From NCBI GenBank assembly GCA_013265495.1, contig MU057521.1, forward strand, positions 434,001 to 498,000: a DNA stretch of 64,000 nucleotides. The letters are read 5' to 3'. Both the position numbers and the translations under genes were made by a program. The notes under the pieces were generated by a model. The model searched no databases. It saw only the letters and a list, made by a program, of their open reading frames with translations, and had not been told where the DNA came from. Below, piece by piece: positions 13,669-26,011 of this stretch. The first letter of the stretch is position 1. Each line of letters starts with the position of its first letter. This DNA comes from Vicugna vicugna (Eukaryota).

Positions 13669-13987
13669 CAGGGGTTGGACAACAATGACCTGGAAGCCAA
13701 ACACAGCCTGACACCTATTTTTGTACAGCTCCAGGAGCTAAGAATGATCTTTAATTTTTTTAAAGATACACGAATATATTTTGGAACACATGAAAATTAT
13801 ATAAAATGCAAATATCAGTTTCCATAAAGAAAATTTTATTGGAACACAACCAGCCCATTTGGTGATGGACTGTCATGCCTGCTTGCTCGCTACAACAGCA
13901 GAGTGGACTGGTCCCCACTGACCAGATGGCCCATGCAGCCTAAGGTTTTCTATTTGGCCCTTGACAGAAGAAGTTTGTCAGCCTCTC
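13669..13987 (+). mobile_element. MER58B-like hAT-Charlie DNA transposon relic
   Basis: Termini caggggttgg... and ...agtttgtcagcctct; internal gagctaagaatg, ttttattggaacaca, gctacaacagcagag; flanks ctatagtg/tgacagtg are a degenerate 8-bp TSD. Confidence 0.85.
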
Positions 13988-14153
13988 TGACAGTGCAATG
14001 GAAATAACTTAGTTTCTGCCAAAAAAACATTAATTAGTGTCACATGGGTAAAAACTGCTGCATTTCTGTTGTCCTAGGTTTCCTCACCTATAAAGTGAGA
14101 GAGTGGGCGTCGGTCACAGTGGTTGTCAAACTAAGCGTCAGGAATGCTGGGGC

Positions 14154-14172
14154 TGGCCACGAGGGGGCGTTG
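14154..14172 (+). promoter_or_regulatory. Candidate CTCF binding site
   Basis: TGGCCACGAGGGGGCGTTG versus consensus TGGCCACCAGGGGGCGCTA; lies in a locally CpG-retaining patch (~14105-14245). Confidence 0.7.
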
Positions 14173-16409
14173 AAGGGCGGATGAAAGAAGCCGTCAGAAA
14201 ACACATCTGCCTTTCCCGCAGCCCCCCTACCTCAACCAGAACCGTGACTCTTGCATCTGATTTGTCTGAAGAACGTTTCTGCAGAATGGACCTCAGTGCC
14301 CAAAATAAAAACCAGACTTGACCACAACTGAAAGGGCCTCTGTAATTGTGAATAGGCCTCTCATTTTCCTACCTTGACCCCTTTCCCATGGTCAGTGTGG
14401 CTCTCTGGATTTTTGTTTGTCAAAGCCTGTCCTAGATCAGAGCAGGCAGGTTCACTTTCTCCACTGTAAAGTCTATCTGTTCATCAGTGAAAAACTTTAA
14501 GCCCTATCATTCAAAGCTTTGGGTCTATACACTAATGATAGAATCTTGTTATTTGCCAGTACCAACAACAAAACCTTGTCCAGGTTACCCTTGGCTTTAA
14601 AATGTCTAAATGCATTGGTAAGAAACAGTGGATGGTTTCTTAGATAAAAGGGAAAAGAAGTAGAGGGGACTAAAACACTGAATTAGCCCCTGAATTTCAA
14701 TCTTTTTATGCAAAAACAAACAAACAAAAAACTACTCAAAAGTGAAAGATTTCATCAACAAAGTTGGTTGGGGAAGAGAAAGGTATACATGATATTGAAT
14801 AGCCAACTTCTCTTTCCATACCCCTTTTTTTTCACTTTACATTGATCTCCTGATAGAACCATCAGGTGACTGGTTGTATGCTTCACTGCTATAATGATGG
14901 CCTTTCAAAATTCCATTTGTTTCTGGAGATTATTAAAGAATGGAGCATCCTTTGGCTTTCTGTAGATGGGTATCATTGTATTGGATGACAAAAGAGTCTG
15001 CAACACATTTTTTCCCCTCTTAGTGATTTTGCATTTAAGAACTCTATCTATGTTATTTTTACAGACTGATTTCCACTTAGAGATGGCAAAAATACAACTT
15101 TATGGTTCAAAGAGAAACGCTTAACATGGCTTATAAAAAATGTATAGGACTTCTCCAACATCAAATAACACTTGAAATACTGCAGCTTGGTAGGCTACGT
15201 GTAAATGAAATGGAAACACATTCAAAACATACCTGAATTTAAAAATTAAAAGAGAAGAAGACTCCAGGCAAAACATATCGTGATCTTGAAAAGCCCAACT
15301 TATTTAGAAATTATTAGAAACATTTTGCTAAACACATCATAAATAGGACTTCTTTGGAATTATCCCTTTGCAATTGTTTAGTTGGGTGGAAAAAAAAGTC
15401 TGAATGTGGAGATAACACACAATATTCTTGATGCCATGGTTTTAAATTGAAATAGTCTGCTATGCTTCCTTTCTGATGCTCTCATGTGCTCTTGCTCTGA
15501 GCTGTTAAACATTGGCCATGGCAGAAGCAGCTGCATTGCACTGGGGTGTGAAATTATCCTTAAGCATATTTGGTGGAGGAGTTAAGTTTATTCATTGTCA
15601 TCACAAAACTAATCACAAGGACAGTGGAGCAACTAAACAGACCTCGTGTCGTTTGGACAAAATAAGCATTCTTGGTGTCTCTCTTTGTAAATATGTATTC
15701 TGCAACAGTCTTTAAAATAAAGCTTTTTTATTAAATTTTTTTAATCAAAGATGGAGAATGTTAAGAGAGTTTAGAATATACATTCAATTTCATCTCTTCT
15801 CTTACCCCAACTCCCATCCGTTGTCTCTGAAAATTGACCAGGATGCCCCCATCTCACAGGGCTATCTGGAGATGTCTCTTTTAAGCATTCTTTGGAGAAT
15901 GACACTGCAGTCATTAGAGCTGTGGCATACTTTAAAAGCAATGGAAGTCAGCAGTGCAGATACTAACAAACGGTTGTGAAACCACTACCACCATGATTCC
16001 ACCAAGAGGCAGAGTTCAGTGGTCCACTGACGATGAGATGTGGGGTTGCCCTGGAGTTCAATATGGAAATTGGAACAATGGATTAGCCCCTTGAATGAAA
16101 ATTATCCTTATCTACAAAACAAAGTAACTACAGAGAAATGAACTGATTCCTTGTAGAGAACTGGAAAGCCTTTTTTTCCTTACTGAGAGTTTCCTCCTAA
16201 CAGCATGCTTGAAAAGGACAAGAGGGAGGCAGCCAACACCGAGAGAAAGGCACCTTCATCCTGACCCAGTCTCAATTTCCTGGTTTTCTTTTCTCACCTA
16301 TGATAATTATAACTGCCCTGGTCCTCTTGATTCTGAAGTGTTTAACCTGCTTTTATTTTGTGTTACATTTTTCTCTTTACACTTTTATTTAAATGTATGT
16401 AAATATATG

Positions 16410-16615
16410 TAAAGTGACTATCCCAAAGCTCAGTGCAATGACTTTATACACCTGACTGCCCTGACACACACACCACAAGAGCTCCGAGTTAGAAGCATTA
16501 TTAGCTTCATTTTGGAGGAAAAGAGGCCCTACAAGGTTAAACAACTGCTTAATAGGCCTGACTGGTGTTGAAACCAGGCCTGACTTCAAAACCTGTACGT
16601 GTTTTCCTAAAACAG
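16410..16615 (-). mobile_element. MIR SINE
   Basis: attattagcttcattttggaggaaaagaggccc...aggttaa...ccaggcctgacttcaaaacc. Confidence 0.65.
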
Positions 16616-16869
16616 AATCTGCTGCACAGTTCCTGAGGCTGTATTGAGGGGCTTCAAAGTTCTATTTGATATTTTTAAATGTTTTTATTATAAAAACATG
16701 GTAGAAAATTTGTATTCTCCCTACACACCTGATAAATTTGTGTGTCTGAATTTTGATGATTATCTTAAAAGTTAATATTAGCATCTTGGTATGCTGTGTA
16801 TCACTGGGATGTAAAAGTTGAAACTAAGTGTTGCCACAGTTTTAGGGTCTATGTTAACATTCCACTCTT

Positions 16870-17210
16870 CCTCCTTTACAGCTCATTCTCCATGGAGAAG
16901 CCAGATTTTTTTTTTCAAATAATATAAGTCCCCTAAACAAAATCCTACAATGATTTCCTACTGCCATTCAAAGAAAATCCAAACTGTGCTTCACTTTATG
17001 AGACCACATGATCTACTTCTCTAGTCTGGTCTTTTATTTCTTCCATCCCCCACTGGACCCCCACTCAGTGAGGCTCCTGGAGGGCAGGTGTCTGGATTTT
17101 TTTCTCCCAAATTTATAAAAATGCCTCAAAAAAAAAAAAAGAAAAAGAAAAAGAAAAAAAGAACAGGCACTCACAAATTATTCAACAAATTATTGTTGAA
17201 TAAATGGATG
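16870..17210 (+). mobile_element. L2 LINE 3' end, interrupted by an A-rich tract
   Basis: gtgaggctcctggagggcagg and terminal caaattattgttgaataaatggatg. Confidence 0.75.
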
Positions 17211-17564
17211 CTTACTTTGGCACTAGATAATATTATTCTAACTGTTGAGAGATTAGGGAAATTAAAAAAAAAAGGCAGGCCTAATAAGTAAATGATGTAA
17301 TAAATCCAGGAAAGGCCAAATCATAGCATGTTACACTGGCTAAATGAATGTTTCTCAGGAGTTAAAATAAAAAAGAGTGGGAAATGTGGCTCTTCCCACA
17401 CACTCACAGTGGGATGGGACAAGCTGAGGAAAGATCCTGCCGTAGTCACAATGCAAATACTGTTTTAATTTCCTCAAAATCACATCATCAGTCACATTAA
17501 GTTAAAGTTGCTAATTTGAACTTCTTTTCATACTTCTATTTGAATTCAACCTGAATTTAAATTA

Positions 17565-17690
17565 CACTAAAATATAATTTATATTTGTATATATATTTAT
17601 GCTCATTTATAGACTTTATTAAGTAATTATATATATTTACATTTTAATATTTATATATAAATATAAATTATAATTAATAAATTATAGATC
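17565..17690. repeat. AT-rich low-complexity tract
   Basis: Almost exclusively A/T: atatttatatataaatataaattatataattaataaa. Confidence 0.8.
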
Positions 17691-18014
17691 CATAAGCTCC
17701 ATAAGCATAATGAGCTTCCACCCAGTTTCTTTTGACATAAACTAGTGTCATTATACAAATAACTTAAACAGACTCATATACTTCTTAAGTCTGGGAAAAA
17801 CTACTTTATTCCATGCTGTCTCCTACTTCACACCTGGAAAATATTCTTTGAAGTCAATTAGATTTTAATTAAACATCAAATATAAATTGTGGTTAAAACA
17901 CATCATATAAATTATTGAGGGCTGTTGCACATCTCAAAGACTTAAGCGTATCATCCTACAAGTAATTTCTAATCAATATACCAGGAGAGAGAAATCTCGC
18001 ACAACGGATTAAAT

Positions 18015-18203
18015 CAGTGGTTCTCAAAGGGTGGTCACAGGACTACCATCAGCATCTCCTGGGAACCTGCCAGAAATGCACATTCTTAGGCTCCATCCCA
18101 GCCCTACTGCACCCAGAAATCTAAGAGTGGGACCTCGTGAGCTGTGTACAAACAAACTTCCACCCCTAGTGGATTCCTGTGACCCCTAGCTTCGGAGTCA
18201 CCG
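18015..18203 (+). mobile_element. MER5A hAT-Charlie MITE, full length
   Basis: cagtggttctcaaag...catcagcatctcctgggaac...agaaatgcacattct; ~189 bp; degenerate 3' TIR gagtcaccg. Confidence 0.9.
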
Positions 18204-20117
18204 GGGGGGAATAATGACTCAGATACTATTAAGAATTTAGATACAGTACAGAATAACTTCCCCTGAAAAAGGCTTCCTTTACAGTGGATTTTTGTATTTT
18301 AATTTTAAAAAATGTGTTTTCCTGTGGTGTGCATATCTTACTAGCTTTTTCTTTTCTTCTTCCTCTTTTCTGCAGGCTACAAAGGTCAATGACAGTCAAA
18401 CAGTTAAAATACCTTTTGGATAAACAGGCTGTGTTTACAAGACAGCCAAATCAATCAGTTAACTTGATCATCTAATTCACTTAGACATGAAAGTAAAAGA
18501 TGAAGTCATTCATTCCCCATTTGCCCCCGCCTGCAGCATAAGGAGCGAGCAAGGCTCTCACATAATTTCATGTCAGGTGGGTCACTCTGCAAAGCCATCT
18601 CTGAAATAAGGTAAAGGAAGTGTCCCAGAAGCCACCGTGTGTCTTTGGAATCTACATTTGAGTCTCAAAGCCTAGCCACCACATTGCCATCACTGGCACT
18701 GGTCATGCCCTCTAAACTCCGATCTGTAGTTCTCATAGAACAGGCATCTTTGAAGCCAAAAAGCCTCCAAAAGGCATGAGTTGCATTCAAGTTGCAAATT
18801 CATTTATCTTCAGTTAGTCCATGGGAGAAATGGAAATGCAGCTTCCTCAAGAAAGATCAGAAAAAGGCCAATTATCCCCCTTAAAAATACCATTTAAAAT
18901 AATAGTTTCCCCACAAACAAATTTCTGCACTGGCCCCTGAGCGAGTTCTTGTATTGTTTGAAACAACAACACAGAGTCTCTTCTCCAAAGAAAGACACCA
19001 CGTGACCCTACAAGCACACCAGGAGAACAAGATAACCCGGTCATTCATCTCAGAGGCTGGGTCCTTCAGCAGTGGGGAGCTTGGCACCGAAGAACGCTTT
19101 TCACACCAGGTCCCCAGACAAAATTATCAGCTGGGAGAGAAAAGTGGCTCCTGTAGAGCCCAGAGTCACAACACAGCTAGGAACGCGAAGCAGCCCCTCC
19201 AAGGAAGCTGCTTTTGTCAGGGAGTCATTGCAGAAGGGGGAGGAAATTGAAGAGAAGAAAAGAAAATTAGATCTGAAGGAAAACGCATCCTCTCTTTGAA
19301 AGACACATGCATCTCGCATCTTGTGTGATGAGTCCCTTTGCTTGGATGTAACCTGTTAAATAGAACAAAGACTCCGCATCCTCTAATTCCAAGGAGAATT
19401 TATGAATGCAAATACTGAAAAGGAGCCCTCGAACTGATCTTTTCTGAGCTGGCAGCAGTTGGAAGAATCAGTGCTTATTTGTTGAGACTGTGGTTAATGT
19501 GCTTATCTGTGCTAGGATCACTCTTTCCTTTCTCTGTCTCTAGGACAAGTCATTCAAGAACCATAAGTTCATTTCAGGATTCATGAATTCAAAACCTATT
19601 ATAAGTTCAAAAGTTTTTCTTTGAACCAAAATCTATAAGGGGTTCAATAATGGTAGAAAACCTATATTCTTTTCTAAGGGAAAACAAAGTTGTAATAAAC
19701 AAGATAATTGCTGGCTGTGCTTGTATGGGGGTAAGATACAGTTCACGGCTGCCATATGAGAAATAAAAACAAAAGAACCAACACAGAGAGTCAAAAATAT
19801 TTGACACAGACTTTCAAAGAAAAAATATCTGATAATTCTGCCTCTTTATGGTTTACTTTATGGGTAAACTCAGGAAAGAATGTTTTCTGAGAATCCTAAA
19901 AGCTGAAAATCTGGTTTTGGTAATTATTTTTAAGTGACACCCTCAGATCCTCTCTCCAAAGGTAAGAGCAGCATCAGTCACAGCATGACTCACAGGAAAG
20001 ATCATAGGTCTGGGAACCAAGTAGTTCAGAATTTAAATCCAAGCTCTAATCATTCCTTTGTTGTATGTGTTGTGTGAGCAGCAATGTATCTCAAGCTCGA
20101 TCTGACAGAGTCAACTG

Positions 20118-22180
20118 ATACTTATTTATTTAGTGCTTACTATGTGTCATTTGTAGGTTTCTTGGCCAATAGAAAAAAACAGCAAGGAGGCCAGTAATGA
20201 ATGAATGAGGGGAGAGGGGGCGAGGTGGTCAAAGAGCTAAGGCAGGGCCAGACCATGCAGCAGCCTGAAGCCATCACTGTCTTTAGCTTTTATCCGTCCT
20301 AAGAGACAGGCCCTTGGAGGGATTCCATCAAAAGAGAGATACGCTCTCCCGTACCTTCCTGCAGGACCGCTCTGCAGAGGGTCATGGAAAACAGTCAGGA
20401 GGCTGTTGCAGTCAGCTAGGTGAGTGATAATGTTGTCATGAACAAGGACAAGTGGTCACTGGATATACTTTGAAGACAGAGCCAGTATAATTTGCTGATG
20501 GATTCACTGGTGAGTATGAGAGAAAAAGAGAACGCAAAGATAACTCCAAGATTTTTGGCCTGAGTGAGTGGAAAAACAGGGTGATCATTAACTGAGACTG
20601 TGCACGGAGCAGATTAGGGCCAGAAAAAAGGTGAAATATCAAGGGCCTGGCTTTGACAGATTAAATTTAAGATGCCTGTTAGATGTCCAAGTCTAAAGAC
20701 AGGAAAGAGATGTCTAAAGACTAATTCTAGAAGAACTCCATCATTAAAGATCAGGATAAGGAGAAAATAGAAAAGAAAAAAAAAAGACAGAGAAAGGACA
20801 GTTGAAGAATATAAGAAAAAGTAGGAAGACGTAATTGTTTTGGAAGTCAAGTGAAAGAAATGTTTAAAGAAAAGCATAATTAATGCACTGTGTTAAATGC
20901 TTCTGAGGTCAAGTCAGATGAAGACGGAGATTCCATCACTGGATCTAGAAATGTGAAGACCATCCAACAGTGATCTTCAAGGGTCAACTTTTGATAAGTC
21001 TGATTTCAATGAGGTGGTAGAATAATGGCCTGATTGGAATGGTTTCAAGAAAGAAGAAGAGAGAAACTGGAGTCAGCAAGTGTAGAAATCCCATTCAAGT
21101 AGTTTTGCTATAAAAAGAAAGAGTGAAATGGGGTAAGTAGCAAAAGACAAAAGGGAGGTCAAGGTAGGATTTAACTTTTTTTTTTTTTAATATTGGAGAC
21201 ATAATTCTATGTCGTAGGCTGATGGAACTTATTCAATAGAGAAGGGGAGAATTACTGCTGAAGGAGAGAGAAATGAGAATTGCTGGAGGGGTATCTGAGT
21301 AGATAAAAGAGGACGGCATTTAGCACCAAAAAAAAGAAAGGCAAGCTTAGCTGGGACCATGACCAGTTACCCTCATAGGATTGGCAGAAAAATTAAGAGT
21401 GTATATACATCGTTACAGAGTGAAAATGAGAGGAAAGAGGACAAGATATGAATATAGTCATCTAGCAGAGTGAAAGAATGAATGGAGTAGGGAAACACAG
21501 CATGACTGCCAGACAGCACTCAGGGCCCACTAGGTCATAGGTTATGAACATGATGTGTGATTTTCTCCAGTAGTGTTTGACAACTAGTGTGCTGAAACAA
21601 AACAGGGGAAGATTTAGGGTTAGCCACGGGAGTTGAGACTGTATGCAAGAGAGTGACTACAATGATAGAGCATAGAATTTAAGCTGGGTAGAGGACAGGA
21701 AAACACGAGGTGGGTGAAGGATTGTGAAAAGAGGGTAGGCTCGATCGATGGACTGAAGATAAGAGTAGATGCATTAAGGAGGGACAGTGCATAGATATGA
21801 GATTCAAACCTGCATGTTTTAGGGAGAACACATGGTCTGGGAATGTTAGTGGGAATCAAGGACACCTTCCTCACCTTCATGTCCAGTGGGATGTGGTACT
21901 TGGGAAAGAAAACAGCTCCCCCTTGAGAGGGTTTGATGGTAAAGCACAGGGAAGAGCCAAGTTTCCATTAAAACAGGATGGTGAGGGAAACAGTCACAGC
22001 ACACATTAAGGATACTGGAGATGTTTGGAAGGCAATTGTGAAAGGGGTTCACAGGCTAGAGATAGATGGGATACAGGGGTCCAGGAAGTTGGTGCTCAGA
22101 GTCCTGTGGATAGTAGATACAGGGGTGAGAAATGACTTCAGGTGCCTGGACCTCCGTCAGTTGTGAACTAGCCATGATGA
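20118..22180 (-). mobile_element. Long L2 LINE remnant (~2 kb)
   Basis: Tail tatttatttagtgcttactatgtg; body ggatatactttgaagacagagcca...tttgctgatggatt, gataactccaagatttttggcctgag, ttaaatttaagatgcctgttagatgtccaagt. Confidence 0.85.
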
Positions 22181-22404
22181 GATTGGTCCATCTGGACACC
22201 AGCCCTTCCCTCTGCCTGTGAAGGATGTCAGTGTCTGGAAACATGGGAGGCAGGGGAGCATGGCCAAGAGCAGGACACGGAGCCTGCCTAATTCCAGAGA
22301 GGTGATTTTACCCGTAATGGGCATTTGATATGCTAATTACAAACCTAGTTCTAGTTACTGTCTGCACTTGAAAGCAATAAAACACTGTTTATTACAACTA
22401 TTCT

Positions 22405-22434
22405 AAAAAAAAAAATATATATATATATATATAT
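22405..22434. repeat. (A)n(TA)n microsatellite
   Basis: A-run followed by tatatatatatatatatat, seen directly. Confidence 0.9.
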
Positions 22435-24419
22435 GCCTGTACTATCAGTAGTTTAAACTAACTTTGGCTCCAATTAGTTTAGATATATCTGTTTCACGAA
22501 AAAAATATTCCATTTACTATATAATCCTTTTCCCCTATATCTTGCATTTTATGAATTTAGTCTTTTCATAGAGTGGTCAAAACTATCTGCTTGTTTATGA
22601 GCAATTTCTTAAAGTGAGGCATAAGTGGTTCTCAGGAAAGGGTTAACATCACCTTGGCCAAAAGGATGAAGTTTCCTTTGGTTTCTTCACATCTCATTGT
22701 TGATGCTCCTTCTCACTCATTTCCTGGCTCCCTGGTGTCCCATGTGTCCTTGGGTATCATTCTTGCAGTTCCCTCCCTTCTGCCTGTTCAGTCCCCCAAA
22801 CTCACTTGCTCCTCAACAGGATAATCTCAGTTAGGAGAAATTATTCACGTAAGAGTAATGTGAATACACTAAGCAATGATGGAAGGTAAAAATGATACTT
22901 TTATGAAAAGAGAGAAAGATAGCTTGTTAACTTAAATATACTTTTAGTAGATAAAAATATGCGTGTGTTTAATTGAGGAGGCTGTGAGGAAGGACTGTTT
23001 ACTTGTAGCCTCCGCCTACTGTTAACTAGAACCATTCTTACTTCCATTACGCACCCTCCTGTGTCCATCACAGCACACACACACACACACAACACAAATA
23101 CCGAAAATCACAAGTCATGACACGCCAACACACGCCCCAGATTAGGAGTTATCATATGCCATTCCACTTCCAGAATATTGTTTCCTGTACTAGAACAACC
23201 ATCACTGTTAGTTTTTCTTCTTCACAGTTACTTTTTATTAGTAGAAAGAACCTTTTTTTTTTTTTTAAAGAAAGTACCATCAAACATTTGGCCGTATTAA
23301 TCTCCCATCTGTAGAACACACTTTACTTGGATTATCAGCAGGGTGTGTGTCCTGTCTGAATCTGTTTTCTGGGGAATGGGAATTTATTCAAGTAAATTAA
23401 TTTGCAAACAGATACAGCTATTGCTGGATGAATGGATTTTCTCTTGGCACTTTGAGGTGTAGCTCTGCGGGTATCTGGGTTGTTGGCACTCACCGAAGTC
23501 CTGAGGTTGTCTGCCAGACCCACTCCTGTAATGCTGTGAGAAAAATATATGTGACAGTTTTGCAGCTCAGAGCACAACTTGGCTGTCTAGCTTCCAGCTC
23601 TACCATTTGAGCATTTGAATAGATTCTGTAAACTCATCTTCTTGGATTCACAGATGTGACCATTCAGTTGCTTTTCTTTTTTTTTTTTTTCACTTGTCAA
23701 TATAAAATTTTCACTGTTTCCAGTCCTCCCTTGAAAAGGTCTGAGGATTCTACCACATGAAAACAAAACGTCTAGAGGTTCAGAAATACACAAAAAATCC
23801 ACTTAAAGTCGGCCAATTCTGGAAAGTCTTCAAACTTGAGAGATTCAGAAAATACTTTACCATCATATCCTATTGTTCTGAACACAATGAAACGGTGTCA
23901 GTAGATGGGCTTCCCCCAGGCAAGTGATGTGCCTAAATGAATGGTTAGGTAGGACCTTGATCTATCAGTTTTTAAAAAATGAATATCAGGGTTAATGGCA
24001 GTAATTTGCCTTGCTTTCTTTGTTTGTGTATTTGCTTTTAAATGTATCTTTAGTTCTTAATATAGAAACAAAATTCAACCAAAGGGAACTGAGGTAATAT
24101 CAACAAATGCATACTCATCGATCTGGATAGAGAGATGCAGTAGAAAAATGAGATGTCCTACAGTCTCCCACCAGGAAGGCTGAAAACCCTTTCACAAAAT
24201 GCTCCATGCCGTCCATAATGTTATGGTTCCTTGAGCATCGACTGTCCCAGCGCACTCAGATGAGGCATGACATCAATCCTGCTTGGTCCACGCAGAGATG
24301 TGACAGTGAAGACCCAGGAAGAACAGTCCTGTTTAAACAATAAAGGCTGGAAATAAGGAGTATGGTGCCTATTTCCTGAAACCGACTTCACAAGCATCTC
24401 TCTTTTCTATTGGGCTTCA

Positions 24420-24510
24420 GATCCTTAACTGCTCTGCGTCTCAGTTTCACCACCCGCAGATGGAGGAGGTTAGAAACAAATGAACTTGATGTTCTAATTT
24501 TATGATTCAG
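24420..24510 (+). mobile_element. MIR3-like fragment
   Basis: ccttaactgctctgcgtctcagtttc...ttctaattttatgattc. Confidence 0.55.
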
Positions 24511-25806
24511 AGCTCCTCTCCAATATTTAATTTTTACTTTAACCCCTTGTGAGATGTTTTCTTAAAAACCCTAGATTAAAATTTACACGTGAGAGCCAAT
24601 TCACCAATTGTTTCATTTTCCCAAAGTAAATGTAGTGTCTCAATCAAATATCAAAGTCCTACAAAAAGTATATTTTACCAAAAGAAGGCTATTTGAGTGA
24701 GTCTTTGCTAGTTCAGGAAGAGGCCATCCTATGCAGAGCATTCAGGAGGGGAAGAAGAGAGGCAGACACTCCTGAGCAATCAGAGCAGTGGAAAGAACAC
24801 GAGAGCCTGGCTGAACACAGCAAGGCCCACGCACAGCAGAAGGCAAATTTGCTTCCCCATTAGCTGCAAAACCTGTCAGAGACTTTTCAGGCAGGAGGGA
24901 AAAGAAATGTAGGGAAAGGAAATTGTTTTTCCTGGTTTTCCATCTGCCGGACTCCTGTTCACAGGGAAGAAAGTCACTACTGGGAGGAGCATGCCAGGCT
25001 CCAAACAGAAGCAGCATTGACTCTGCTCTTGCCCTTTCCCTAAATGTAATTTCCCTGTACTCTTTAAGAATATGTGTATTCTTGCCTCTTTTTATGGCTT
25101 ATAAAAAAACTCCAGGGAACTCAGAATTGGACCTGGGCTCCTGGTTTGCCCCTCACGAGGCTAATTCTCAGGCGCCTTTGAAATAGCTGAGTGGCGATGG
25201 TGACCGTTCACTATTCTCTTCTTCCTGGATGGTTCCGACATCATATATTTCAGATGGCCCCTCGTGGGGGAGAAGCTGATGGAGGGTGTAAATCAATCTG
25301 ACCTGCAACTTTTAATAGTCAGAGCTTCTGCAATACTGAACGTTCCCATCCTCGAGGGAGAGCAGCTCTTCAGGTCCTGGTTAAAGGAAAAGCTATAACA
25401 CTCTCCACAAAACGGCCTGATTAGTCAACGATCAGACCATTTGTCTGTGTTTATCTTAGTTATGTTATATTCCTTCCCCAAATGAGAATTATTCTTAGGA
25501 TTCTAGATGATTATTCTTTAATTGTTAATTTTGTTAAAATAAAGATAAGTTTTCTGTTAGCCTGTAAACTATGTGTGGGGTATGTGCCTAAGTTAATCAA
25601 CCAACTCCTAAAAAAAATCTTCCTTTGTGTTTCCTTCTCTTAATTCTTAACACAGTTTGTAAAATGGCTGTTCATGTTGACCTTGTATAATGTGTACAGA
25701 CTCAGAAAGAAATGATCCTCAGTAAGATGCTGGGTGTACTTTACCTGTTTTTTTTCTCAATTTGAACAGCAGACTCTTGACTTTAAGGGGCGGATAAGCT
25801 CTAAAC

Positions 25807-26011
25807 CTAAGCTGTCTAATTCAGTGGCCATTAGCCAAATGAGTCTATTTTGATTTAAAGTAATAAAAATTAAATTAAAAAATGTAGTCCTGCAGTTGCC
25901 GTAGTCGGATTTTAATTATTCAGTAGCCACATGTGGTTAGTGACTATCAGACTGCACAGCGCAGATACAGGAAGTTTCCATCACTGCACAAAGTTCTTTC
26001 GGACAGTGCTG
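25807..26011 (-). mobile_element. MER3 hAT-Charlie MITE
   Basis: gtagccacatgtggttagtg...tttccatcactgcacaaagttctttcggacagtgctg matches reverse MER3; ~205 bp. Confidence 0.9.

Noticed and set aside
17178..17203. Perfect 11-bp inverted repeat ttattcaacaa-atta-ttgttgaataa
   Set aside because: Sits at an L2 terminus, which is naturally quasi-palindromic; too short and AT-rich for a pre-miRNA
17088..17291. ORF with a poly-lysine, NLS-like run
   Set aside because: Translation of an A-rich tract inside an L2 remnant
18376..18475. Peptide LQRSMTVKQLKYLL, reminiscent of a ubiquitin-like fold segment
   Set aside because: Frame stops after ~32 codons; similarity too short to support
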